A stretch of DNA of 63,530 nucleotides, taken from Octopus bimaculoides. Its lineage: Eukaryota. Numbering within the stretch: position 1 is the first letter of the stretch; each line of letters begins with the position of its first letter. Below, piece after piece: positions 28,095 through 40,631 of the stretch. A model generated the notes under the pieces. It saw nothing but the letters and a program-made list of their open reading frames with translations, made no database searches and had not been told where the DNA came from. The stretch lies in contig NC_068992.1 in assembly GCF_001194135.2 (NCBI RefSeq), positions 6,123,151 through 6,186,680 of the forward strand, written 5' to 3'. A program made the translations under genes and the position numbers.

Positions 28095-28410
28095 AATAAA
28101 TAAATAAATATANNNNNNNNNNNNNNNNNNNNNNNNNNNNNNNNNNNNNNNNNNNNNNNNNNNNNNNNNNNNNNNNNNNNNNNNNNNNNNNNNNNNNNNN
28201 NNNNNNNNNNNNNNNNNNNNNNNNNNNNNNNNNNNNNNNNNNNNNNNNNNNNNNNNNNNNNNNNNNNNNNNNNNNNNNNNNNNNNNNNNNNNNNNNNNNN
28301 NNNNNNNNNNNNNNNNNNNNNNNNNNNNNNNNNNNNNNNNNNNNNNNNNNNNNNNNNNNNNNNNNNNNNNNNNNNNNNNNNNNNNNNNNNNNNNNNNNNN
28401 NNNNNNNNNN

Positions 28411-28455
<45 letters not shown>

Positions 28456-29162
28456 ATATATATATATGCATGAATATAAACATGCAAATACTTATGTACG
28501 TGTTTTTATATAAACATATGCATATGTATATCTGTGTGTGATTTAGTGTGTGTGTATGTACGTGTATGTGCGCGTGTTTACATGTGTATGTGTGCGTGTG
28601 TGTGTATGTGCTCGATTTAATGCTGGATCAGACAATGAGACAACTTAAAACATAGCTAGTGCTTTAAAATGAAAAGTATTGTGGATTTATTTTCTAAATA
28701 CTGCGTGCTTTTTCTCTAATATTCTGGACACTTTCCGTGAGTTAATCATTAAAAATATACTTAGACCACAGGTCCTTGCACTCTAGAATATTTGTATATG
28801 GTGTATGCTGTATATTCAAGTGTGCTATAAATCTATGAATGGTTGTGTGTTTATACTTAATATCTCATAAATACGAACACTTTTTTCCATTTGTTGTCTG
28901 GCTTTCGTATGAAGTAATATAAATAACAGGAATGGAATTTGCATGAGCTTAAAAATAAACTGTCAATATTCGTAACAGAACTTATCGATTATTATGGTTG
29001 TTTGTTTTAGATAATATTTCTCTGAAATAATTTCCTCTTTACAATATAAGGCCATTCAATGCTATGCAGTGTAATGTTTTTCGACACCAAATGACGAGAC
29101 AAGTCTTAATACAGTTCCAATATTGTGCGACTTAACTAACACCAATCAACAGTCATTGATAA

Positions 29163-29303
29163 GGCCCAGACATGACTGTGTGGTTGCGAAGCCTGTTCCC
29201 ATCCAAAAGTTCTTGTGTTCAATCCAACTACCAGTAATTTGAGCAAGTGTCTTCTACTTTTTTGTGTGAATTCAGTAGACGAAACTGAAAGAAGTTTGTC
29301 GTA
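29163..29303 (+). mobile_element. SINE family A, diverged 5' half
   Basis: GACTGTGTGGTT..TTGAGCAAGTGTCTTCTACT..GTAGACGAAACTGAAAGAAG, followed by a (TA)n/(TACA)n tract. Confidence 0.75.
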
Positions 29304-30549
29304 TATATATACATATATACATACATACACTTATGTATGTATATATGTATATATATATATACATACATACACTTATGAATCGCCGTATTTATTTATTTTT
29401 TTTTAGTCGAGATATCTTCATCTGTTTTAAACTCCACTTATCCCAGTGACATAATTTAAAATGTCAGTTAGTACTTACAAAACGTTCAATTCAGTACTTC
29501 CCTAAGTGAGCAGTACTGCCCTCTTGGGGGAGGTTGGAAAATCTGTTGAAGAAAAGTGGGTTGATTATGACTTGGCCGAAGTGCGGTGATAGATGTAAAA
29601 AGATATTAATACTTTAATTAGGTTTAAGTTTTATTTATAAAATATAGTTGTTTTAAATTTTCTGCAAAACGTGGTCTGTATTTATGGCGGAGATTGTGAG
29701 GGAGTGCTAGTAATGATGCCCGGATGCCAAGGGAGCAGCAACCTGAAAATGTGTGGGATTTTAAGTTTTAAATTTTATGGTAGAACGGAAAGTTAAGAAC
29801 GCCTTCACATATTTACGTCCATTAAATGTAACCGTCGCAAAATTGAGTAATCGATAGATATATATAATCCCAGGTACAGATTGCTCTGAAAGAAATTTGG
29901 AAATTCTTGGGCGAGTCCCACTGATTTAAAACTTCCTTGATGAAGGATGGCCTCCGGATGTGATCCTACAACATATAAGTTCACTCTTGTGTTTGTCTAT
30001 GCCTATGTATGCGTATATAAATGTATCAAAACAGTTTCATTCCAGAGAATAGAAATGGATCGCGACCAGAATTACGTTTCAAACTCAAGCGTAGCAACGA
30101 ATTTGAATTAAATTGTTTTGATTCATATATGTAACTCCCAATAAATTGTTTCAGTGCCCTTCTTTCATTTGTCCTCTCACTCGTGTATATATATATATAT
30201 ATATGTACATATATATNNNNNNNNNNNNNNNNNNNNNNNNNNNNNNNNNNNNNNNNNNNNNNNNNNNNNNNNNNNNNNNNNNNNNNNNNNNNNNNNNNNN
30301 NNNNNNNNNNNNNNNNNNNNNNNNNNNNNNNNNNNNNNNNNNNNNNNNNNNNNNNNNNNNNNNNNNNNNNNNNNNNNNNNNNNNNNNNNNNNNNNNNNNN
30401 NNNNNNNNNNNNNNNNNNNNNNNNNNNNNNNNNNNNNNNNNNNNNNNNNNNNNNNNNNNNNNNNNNNNNNNNNNNNNNNNNNNNNNNNNNNNNNNNNNNN
30501 NNNNNNNNNNNNNNNNNNNNNNNNNNNNNNNNNNNNNNNNNNNNNNNNN

Positions 30550-30563
30550 CGCTCTTCCGATCT
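30550..30563 (+). other. Illumina adapter remnant at contig edge
   Basis: CGCTCTTCCGATCT is identical to the 3' end of the TruSeq universal/Read-1 primer and starts at the first base after an N gap. Confidence 0.85.
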
Positions 30564-32728
30564 AGTACGTATGCATGTATGGATGTATGTATGCAATGGT
30601 GCTAACCATCGCGAGTAGAAATATATTTTACTGGTGATATAGTAGAATGGATTGTATGCAGAAGACTTTTATTGATTAATTTAGGGCCCAGTGTTTTTGT
30701 ATTTATTTATCAATTTTATATATATAATTTTTTCATTTTCTTTTTTTTTTTAAATCTCATCAGAAGCAGTGATGGAAAGTGAAAAAAAATATCGTACCAT
30801 AAAAGAAAATAAAAAAAAAATTAAAAGCAAAAAACGTTATTTCCTAATATAGAAATCAGATATTTTGAACACAGAAAGACCATGAGATATAAATTACTTG
30901 AAAAGCCCTCTAGACTATTAATGTGAACTTTTGTTTTGATTGATGAAATGTTTCATTTGGTTATTTATTGGTTTCTTCAAGAAAAACAACAACAGCAACA
31001 ACATCAACGTGAATAACATCAACAAGAGCAAGAACGAAAATAAATAAAACAGATTCTATCATTATATAGCTTGTTGCAAAGTCAGAGGTGAATCTACATT
31101 TTATAGGCTTGATTACAATTTTTGTCATTTTGGTTTCATTTTAGACACATGTAACTTAATTACAACGAAAAGTTATCTGCGAATTCTTTGAAAACAGGAA
31201 AACATTCAAGAAACCATTATTTTCAACAATAATATAGATGTGCTTCGGTAAATTTTCTAGTGAAAAAAATATTTATTTTTATGTACTTTTTTATCAAAAA
31301 GAATTGCAAATATTATCTTATACTTGGGAGTGAACAAGAATGTGGCAACAAAATAAATTTAAGGGGGCATCTGGAATGGTTATGCTACTTTATCTACTGA
31401 TGAACGATCTCTCGTGAAAATAATGAGCTTTTACTGTAATCCAATCATTGTTGAAACTTGATGCTTTTCTATCAAATGAGTTATGCTAATCAAACATTCG
31501 GTGATGTAAATAGGATTCAAGGATTTTTACTCATATTATATAGGGACGTAAGGCTAAATATAGATTTCTTAAGCTTCTGTTAGAAATCTTTTAAGACTAT
31601 TTTAAAAACAAAAGCTATTTTCCAGATATCAAATTTGTCTTCTATCATATACCATTCATATACGAATAATCGGTGGTAATTTGATACGACATAAAATCCG
31701 ATGAGACAAATATATGATTACCTTATGAAAGTTAAGTAAAATAACATAAAATGTGGAAGTGTTTAGGTGTTAAGCTTGTTTCTAAAGAGGATTAAAGTTG
31801 TACACTTCCAAAACAAATACCCTACGCCGTATAGTAAGATTCTAAGAATTGGTACTCATATTTATTGTATTACAGTTAGATATGTATTACATAATTTTCT
31901 GTTTAAAATGTTTTGAAAATATTCAGGAAAATTTGAATCATAAAGACAATTTAATATGTATAGAATTGTAATAAATCATTCAGACATAAGAATAAACGGT
32001 ACACCGAAAACATGTAATATCTGTAAAAAATTATATTTCTTCTATTTTGAGGGTTAAATAAATATTTTTAAAATGTGGAAATATCTATGTCCAGGGTTAC
32101 ATTTGTTGAGATCTAAAACGGTTTCCTTAGAAACAGTTTCAAGTATTTCCTTATCTTACAAACGTTACAAAATTATCAAACTATTACAAAAATGATCAGA
32201 CGTTACAAAATTATCAAGGAAATTCAGTAAAGGGCAATAAATGATGCTAAATGTAATATGTATTTGATCTCATGCCAGATTATGGAGGAGGCTACTATAC
32301 AATGTATTACTGCCGTTAGGACACAGACCTGGCTTAAGCCTGCCTCTCTGCAGGTACATTTATTCGCATATAATATTACCGACACGGTCTCCATTTCGTA
32401 GATAATCCATATATATTTTGCTTTCCTCATCACTCTTTCCCTCATCGTCTCAGACTCTTTGCACTGTGTTCATTCGTTGATATAAAATAAATGAAACTGA
32501 AAAATCTCAACTCCGTCTACTAAAACCCTCATGCAAGCCTCCCACATTCTCTGATCATGAGCACGAATTACTTTCTAAGAACTCATTCGTCTGATGTTCT
32601 TATAAGCATATCCAACCACATCTTTATATATTCACACATGCTGTTGATGTTTAGCGTCCTCTATACCAGTACAAGTCAGCTTTGTTCCACCATCAAAGAC
32701 CAAACCTCTCAAACATGCTTGTAAGTGT

Positions 32729-32783
<55 letters not shown>

Positions 32784-34379
32784 TGTGTGCTTGTTGTTGG
32801 TGTTGGTATGTATGACAGTGTGATATATATTTACGAGTATTTTGCATATATGCGTGTCTGTAAACACATGCGTCGATGCACAAAACATAATATTTGTATT
32901 TTTTGTCGAGATACATTCATTCCTAATCAGATATCACTTGCAGACATTTCTTTAATATATCTGAAATTGAAAAGATGTTAAACTTTAGTTAATAATTTAA
33001 AAACCCACATACTGTACCTTATCATTAGCAGTTGAATAAGAGTTAAACAAGCCTACGGCAGTTATTGTCATGTTGTAATCAAACTTTTCATGTCTTACGA
33101 GGATTAATTCAGAAATTATCCATATGAAAAATGAGCAACCAATGGTTGTAAAGAATATTCGTGTCTTAATGTAATTAATTTCACAAGCATATACATATTG
33201 TTTGAAACATTTAAAATTAGTTTCGTGTAGTAAACTAATTTATTATTTTACCGTTTGATTCCAATGTAATTAGTTACGTCTACCATTTGCTAAATTATCA
33301 CCAGCAAATGTATGCTTCTGCTTCTTCATTAATAGTTTTCAACTATCGATGACAAGCAAACAGATTAGATTCATAAACTGGAATTGCTCGAATTTGGGAA
33401 CTTCATTACAAGTCACCTAGTTTTTCAAATTTTCATAGCTATGACCTTAGGCTTTACTCGTTAATAATTGTTATATTATGCATATTAAATGTGTATTAAA
33501 ATCAAAATACGAGAATACTACTTGTAGTTTTTAGAATTGCCTTGAGTACAATGATCGAAGATTTACACTGTGGGAATGCCCACCCATTATGCCTTGTGAT
33601 ACGAATAATATCCACAGTCGCCGCAACTCGCCAGGTTATAGTCAAGGTTGCAAGTATTAATAAGAATATTTGATCAGGATTCACACCAGTTTTCTATCAC
33701 CGAGTGAAGTATGAATGTCAACACTATGATTCAATTAAGTCGAAACCAATATTTGAAGAGAACTTTCTTTCATCAACACTTGAATGATGTAATTGCACCG
33801 TTGTGTTCACTATAATTTGAACGCAGGACATTCGGGCAGTGAAATGTATGTCTCAGGTAATTTCGTCCGGTAGATATACTATTTTGTCAAATTATCGAAG
33901 ACACTTCATATTAAATAAATTGCTTATATTTCAAATGGACTCTACACAATCTTCTTTTTCTCTTCTTTTGTTCCTTCCCTTTTTGGGGGAGGGTGGGGAA
34001 GTGAACGATAATACTAGATTTTATTTTAATTGTTCAGAGGAAAAAAAGAGAAGCATTCAATTATTCTCTTCCACACATACAATACCTACTTAAATTAGGA
34101 GACACATCGGTTAAAGTTGCCTACAGTGCTCTATACATGAGAAAAGAATGGAATAGTTTATTGTCAGACATGCTTTGATCGTAGTTCAGTCCAATGTGAT
34201 TTGGAGATAACTAACATCATTAATCAATATGATAAAGATACTGACGTTGAAGATAGTTTTTACACCGACCTAAGTCTGACTATTGAAAAGTAAATGTCAT
34301 ACTTAAGCGATGCATTTATCACAAAAGTTATCGTCGTGTTAATTAGAATTCCTGTAGTTGATTTAGCTTTGGTACGGAA

Positions 34380-34540
34380 CGAAAGATGTCTAGACATGCT
34401 TCTTTTCTTGCACAACGTGAGGCACCTTTCTCGTCAATGTATTTAGATATCTGGGCGGCGTTCCCAATCTTTGAGATGTTTTCCATCACACAGTGGACTG
34501 CTTCTCTCTTTGCTATTTTAGCACTATATTTGCATTTATA
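34380..34540 (-). pseudogene. Possible pogo/Brinker-type HTH transposase remnant
   Basis: KYSAKIAKREAVH..GNAAQISKYIDEKGASRCARKEACL loosely resembles YTA.FKL..GNRAAARK.GIDEK.VRRWRKQKE. Confidence 0.25.
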
Positions 34541-36479
34541 CAATTCATGAAGAAGTTGACAACAAATTGTACACAGTAACTTATATATAGATATATAGTC
34601 AGGCAACCACACACAAAGACACGCTAGCCATATATTTGTAGTTATGTGTCTAGGAGTTACAATACACAGCAAATTTCAACAATTAAAATTTTAGTCAACT
34701 CGGTACATATAACAATAATGGATCTATAACAAGCATTGACAATTCACCTTAATCTGTTTGTTGCCATACATGACTTTATATATGAACAATTCTAACATTA
34801 ACGTTAATATATATGAAATACAAAAGAAGACAGAAAAATTTGTAATAGAATTTCGTATCAGCTGCACACCGTATAGTCGTAAAAATTACCATTTCACCAA
34901 GGCGATATTCTATATACAAACATACATACCCACATGCACACATGCGCGCGCGCAATCAAATAAAAACACAGAATCTCTGTGTATGTGTCGGGTGTACAGA
35001 ATATATGAGGTGTTTTCGTCAACTGATGTAAAGTAATAGGTAAACCCGATTTGGTTTACCACTAAAACTTCGGTTTGAACAGCTACTGAATGTGTAACGC
35101 AGAAACTGACGTTCAGAGGCGGCTAGAAGTTGTTTCTTTTTGAGCAGGAGGACAGAGATTAAAGTAAAAATGAAAAAGCAAGACATTTTCGTTTCCTTTA
35201 ATCTGTGATCTTCATCCCAAATTTTAACACAACATAACGTGTTTTCGATTTTCTCATATTTTACATTATTTCATTATTTTCAAATTACTTTGTGCGTGTG
35301 TGCGTATATTTATGTTTGTCTCTATAAATACCTATATGCATATGCACGCATATGTATGTGTATAAATAGAAATGCATACATACACACGTATACACACACA
35401 CGCACACACGCACTCACACATATAACTATATGTATGTATGCATTTATACACACTCATGCATTCATACACATACATGGAATATGAACTATTTTTTCGAACA
35501 ACGAAAGACACAAATAGAAAACAAGACAAAGAACATTAAGAGCGACACTTCATCAGTTGTTGGCTGTTTTTCTAATCTCGTATTTCGAGCATTTAATAAA
35601 TGAAAATGAACATTTTTAGTAATGAAAACATAAAGGCAAAATTAATAGAGATTACAAAAGTGACAGATGGTACGGGCTAACACCGCTTTTGCTAAAAATA
35701 ATAGCTAAAGCAATTAAAAAGCTACAAAACCTCTATCTTAATGACTTAACTCCCATTTTTCAGTCATTAAGACAGCGCTTCATCGCTTTTGATTTAACTC
35801 TTATTTTTAGCAAAAGTAGTGCTAGTCAGTAACCTCTGTCACATTTCTGACAAACATACATACAAATATATATGTACACATAAATATTTGTATATGTACA
35901 TATACACACAAACCTACACACACACACGCAAGCACACATGCAAATACAAAGAGAGATCAAAATTGACTGGTTCCTCTCAAAGACTCATTCTCTTATCAAT
36001 GAGACTCTTATGTCCTTTTTTTTTATTGTCATCGAAAAAGGTAAGGAGTTCTTCAGATTATAAATAACTTTATTCTGCCTACACAATTTGAATTATAACA
36101 TGATCTCTCTTATCGAAATCATGCCACAACATAAAAATATAGAGTCGAAACAGACATTTCGGCTAGTCTATGAGAAAATTCCCTGGACACTCTACTTTTC
36201 AAAATAATAAATATTTATAGTTTGCTTTTCTTTAAAGCAATGTTATTTCATTTCGCATGAACTAAAAAAAATTGCATTTTATTCAAATTAAAAAGCAATA
36301 AAACGACAAAGATCAATCTTGTCTATGTTTTCCATCGGAACTTCTAAAGCCACCAAAGCCTAGGAAAATGACGAGACCGAAAAGATTACAATTTCAAATC
36401 AACCACAGTTAATTGCATCTGCAACATTACATCATCCTTTAAATTCTTTAACTTCTCGTGTTATGTAACCTATAGAACC

Positions 36480-37490
36480 TGATGTTTTTCCCAGACTTGA
36501 TTTATGTGGATTAGATATGATGCTATGTCGACCAAAATTATCATTGTACCACCTAAACAATGCAGTAAATAGATTAAGTGAGACGTTTGTGCTTCGTGGT
36601 TCAGTGGCTGACTTTGTTTAGAATTCTCAGGTTTGCTACTGTTGTAATGATTTTTGTACATCCTAGAATGGGGAATATATTTACAAAGTTGAAGGATATA
36701 CTAACAGGAATAATACCTTGTCAAAAACCATAGGTTTTAGCAGGCATGAGAATTTTGTCTCACAAACAATGTTGTTTGTAGTGTAAGGTAGAAATGCAGG
36801 ACGACTAATGAGAACGCATCTACAATGGACAATGAAGAGCTGAAAACAATCGGTATTATTTACAATGTATTCTAGAAGATAGTGAAGTTGAACTACGGGG
36901 TGATGGCAATGAAAATACCAGTTGTCATGACAACGATAGTGAAAATGAAATTTCTGGACTGATTTTATGGCTTTTTGAATATTCTCTCACAAAAGTCTCC
37001 AGTCTAATAGAAATACTTACGACGGAACCTAAAAATTAGTCGAGCACGTCTGTTATGATGCAAAATTAAATTATACGACTTAAGAAAGATGTTCGTTTTG
37101 AATCAAATGAATTATGTTATACAAAATATAGAAAATGTTTCAATAATTGGGAGGTTTGTAAAAGCAGGAATCGTCTTAGAATGTGTTATCGCTTTAACTA
37201 TGTTGTAAGACTTTAAAACTAAATGCCTGGCTAATTCTTCATAATATTGAAGATGCCGGATTAAAGCCGGAAAACATTTTATCTCCGTTCTATGATGGTA
37301 CCTCAGTAATGTTTGGTTGTACTGTTGGTGTTCAGAAAATGATGTAACAGAAGATTGGAAAAGAAAATCTATATGTGCACTGTTTCAATCACCAGTTATA
37401 TTTAGATATAATTCGTGCGATTGAAGAGATTAGTGACCTAAAATTGTGTTTTGGAACTTGTAGAGCCCTTTATAACATTTAACGGTGATC
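36480..37490 (+). pseudogene. hAT transposase fossil (ZMYM1-like, TTF zinc-finger type)
   Basis: 37243-37482 reads NIEDAGLKPENILSPFYDGTSVMFGCTVGVQKMM*QKIGKENLYVHCFNHQLYLDI (YDG and HCxxH motifs). Upstream, WIRYDAMSTKI, FVLRG and FSRHENFVS match the TTF zinc-finger region. Confidence 0.8.
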
Positions 37491-37780
37491 GGGGCATTTA
37501 ACAACTGTTACTGCTATATATATATATATTGAATAAAAGTCAAGGTAGAAAATGCTAAAATAATTTTATAAAAAAGCATTTAAGCACCGGTTTCAGTCAA
37601 TGAGACTTTTTCAACTGTAAGTATGGAAAACACTTAAATTTTGGAAAAATTAAAAGAAAAGATTTTTAAAAGAATATTTGCATAGTATTCAAATACAAGG
37701 GGCATTTTCATTGTGTCTGCCAGTCTCCGCCTCTCTTGTTTACTCTTGTGAGTTCGAGGTCGTTGTGAATTCTTGGCAGA

Positions 37781-38975
37781 GAAGAAGAAGAAGAAGAAGA
37801 AGAAGAAGAAGAAGAAGAAGAANNNNNNNNNNNNNNNNNNNNNNNNNNNNNNNNNNNNNNNNNNNNNNNNNNNNNNNNNNNNNNNNNNNNNNNNNNNNNN
37901 NNNNNNNNNNNNNNNNNNNNNNNNNNNNNNNNNNNNNNNNNNNNNNNNNNNNNNNNNNNNNNNNNNNNNNNNNNNNNNNNNNNNNNNNNNNNNNNNNNNN
38001 NNNNNNNNNNNNNNNNNNNNNNNNNNNNNNNNNNNNNNNNNNNNNNNNNNNNNNNNNNNNNNNNNNNNNNNNNNNNNNNNNNNNNNNNNNNNNNNNNNNN
38101 NNNNNNNNNNNNNNNNNNNNNNNNNNNNNNNNNNNNNNNNNNNNNNNNNNNNNNNNNNNNNNNNNNNNNNNNNNNNNNNNNNNNNNNNNNNNNNNNNNNN
38201 NNNNNNNNNNNNNNNNNNNNNNNNNNNNNNNNNNNNNNNNNNNNNNNNNNNNNNNNNNNNNNNNNNNNNNNNNNNNNNNNNNNNNNNNNNNNNNNNNNNN
38301 NNNNNNNNNNNNNNNNNNNNNNNNNNNNNNNNNNNNNNNNNNNNNNNNNNNNNNNNNNNNNNNNNNNNNNNNNNNNNNNNNNNNNNNNNNNNNNNNNNNN
38401 NNNNNNNNNNNNNNNNNNNNNNNNNNNNNNNNNNNNNNNNNNNNNNNNNNNNNNNNNNNNNNNNNNNNNNNNNNNNNNNNNNNNNNNNNNNNNNNNNNNN
38501 NNNNNNNNNNNNNNNNNNNNNNNNNNNNNNNNNNNNNNNNNNNNNNNNNNNNNNNNNNNNNNNNNNNNNNNNNNNNNNNNNNNNNNNNNNNNNNNNNNNN
38601 NNNNNNNNNNNNNNNNNNNNNNNNNNNNNNNNNNNNNNNNNNNNNNNNNNNNNNNNNNNNNNNNNNNNNNNNNNNNNNNNNNNNNNNNNNNNNNNNNNNN
38701 NNNNNNNNNNNNNNNNNNNNNNNNNNNNNNNNNNNNNNNNNNNNNNNNNNNNNNNNNNNNNNNNNNNNNNNNNNNNNNNNNNNNNNNNNNNNNNNNNNNN
38801 NNNNNNNNGGAGGAGGAGGAGGAGGAGGAGGAAGAAGTTGAAGAAGGAGAAGAAAAAGGAGGAGGAGGAGGAGGAGGAGGAAGAGAAGAAGAAGGAGGAG
38901 GAGAAGAAGACGAAGAAGAAAAAGGACGAGAAGAAGAAGAAGAAGAAGAAAAGAAGAAGAAGAAGAAGAAGAAAA
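37781..38975. repeat. (GAA)n/(GGA)n polypurine tract spanning a ~1-kb gap
   Basis: (GAA)n to 37822, N at 37823-38808, then a GGA/GAA mosaic. Confidence 0.95.
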
Positions 38976-39799
38976 ATGATGATAAAGTATTTGGCCAGCG
39001 CAATCTCCAAGGAACTACGTGTTGCTAAACATTACATTTCAGAAAATATTACTTCCAGGAAGCTGTAGGTATCCTTTCTGTTCTTCACTATCTTCATTTA
39101 AAGCTACGTTTCCAAATATCAACAATTTTTTTTTTCCTGAAAGCCAGGTTTCTTGCGGGTCCTATTTCCCTACATTGACTCATCTCTACATTGGTCTACA
39201 TATTTACTCCCTATCACCGTTCTGTGGCGCATCAACGAAAAAGCAACATTTTTATACGTGCATTCATAGATAGCTACATACACAAAATAAAACTCGAAAT
39301 TGAAAAGTTTTTTGAGCATTTCTTTTCTACGTCAAGAAGATTACAATTATTTTACTGAATTTTTATGAATATAATATTTGTGTTAGTTAATTAAATTGGT
39401 TTACAGGAATGTTATAAATTTCGTAAATTTTCAGTATCAGCACAAACTTCAGAATTTGTAATATATTTGGTTTAAATATAGGACATACCTAATAGTTTGC
39501 TCATATATTGATTAAAATAATGTTATTAAAATTGATAAATTTCATAAAATAATGTGCGATAATAATAATTGAATACACTACAATGTTTTAGAATTGGTGG
39601 AGTTTATATTCTATTTATTTTTTAACAATTTCTTCATATTTCTGTCTAAAGCAAGTAAGATCATGATATTGCGAAAGAAGCACACCTCTTCTTCATTTAA
39701 CTCAAAACGCTAACCATAAATTCTAAGCCTAACCACCTTAAACCTATACCATACCCCAAAGCATAAATCCGTAATCTTTAAAATTTAGACCCTGTTACA

Positions 39800-39985
39800 T
39801 GTTTCAAAACAGAGGAGAGTCGAAGAGGTAAAGATGGAAAGCATCTCTTTGTAATCAATCTTTGAAACAAAATTGACAACATTGTCGCAAGACTTATTCT
39901 GAAACATCACTGCACCATTATTACGAATCTGCTCCCACCCAGAATATTCTGAAGCATGCCCAGGTCTGGCGAGGGGCCTGATGAT
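39800..39985 (-). pseudogene. Possible mariner transposase C-terminal remnant
   Basis: GPSPDL..LQNILGGSRF resembles the YSPDL..LQN.L.GK.F C-terminal motifs of mariner transposases; frameshifted. Confidence 0.3.
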
Positions 39986-40220
39986 GAAGATTTTAATAGA
40001 AAATAAGTATTTTACTTGTTTATTCTTAAGACCAAAACGCATGATGTATTTTGTTACTTTAGTTTTGAAAATGTTAGATTTGCTTCTCTGTTAAATATTG
40101 TATAATATTGTTTTATGGATTTAAGTAATACACAGTTCTATATTTAAGAGATGAGGAATTATGTGCATTATGTACATTATTTGCATTTGACGGATATTTG
40201 TCCTCATCTTGTTTGTTGTT

Positions 40221-40266
40221 AACACAACATTTCGGTTGATATTGCCTCCAGCCTTCATCAGGTGTC
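40221..40266 (-). ncRNA. Mirror hammerhead motif, mutated
   Basis: GACAC-CUGAUGA-A-GGCUG..CAACC-GAA-AUGU-U-GUGUU: one helix II mismatch and a CpG-to-TpG change in helix III. Confidence 0.5.
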
Positions 40267-40320
40267 TTCGGGAAATTTTGAACCTTAGGAATGAGAACTC
40301 AGATTCGAAAATTCCCCCAA

Positions 40321-40366
40321 GACACCTGATGAAGGCTGGAGGCTATATCAGCCGAAACGTTGTGTT
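40321..40366 (+). ncRNA. Minimal type I hammerhead ribozyme motif (intact)
   Basis: GACAC-CUGAUGA-A-GGCUG(GAGGCUAUAU)CAGCC-GAA-ACGU-U-GUGUU: all three helices pair. Predicted cleavage is 3' of 40361. Confidence 0.7.
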
Positions 40367-40597
40367 AACAACAAAGACGAGAACAAATATCCATCAAATG
40401 TAAATAATGTATATGATCTACGTAATATATTCATATATGATGGTGTGAAATATTGACGGATATTACCATGCGCTTCCGGAAAAAAAGACAGCAGGAGAGT
40501 TTTGATCAGTATTTATGAGTGCCTTAGTTTATGCGTATGCATGCACATATACGTGTGCTTGTATGTGTATATGCAAACATATAGATAGATATACTCT

Positions 40598-40631
<34 letters not shown>

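Larger units (their letters stand above)
40132..40420. mobile_element. Fold-back (head-to-head) Penelope-like terminal-repeat element with two mirrored hammerhead motifs
   Basis: Arms ~40170-40284 and ~40283-40414 are reverse complements with scattered mismatches. The junction is GAACCT/CCTTAGG. Confidence 0.8.

Noticed and set aside
31396-31430. CUGAUGA-ACGA(UCUC)UCGU-GAAA hammerhead-like core
   Set aside because: Helix II is perfect, but no helix I, helix III or valid NUH site forms in type I or type III topology.
37634-39068. Longest ORFs (387-458 aa)
   Set aside because: They consist almost entirely of X from a ~1-kb gap plus GAA/GGA repeats.
39000-39110. Possible LINE RT piece (SLEIALAKYF)
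   Set aside because: A single short motif-like match in AT-rich DNA.
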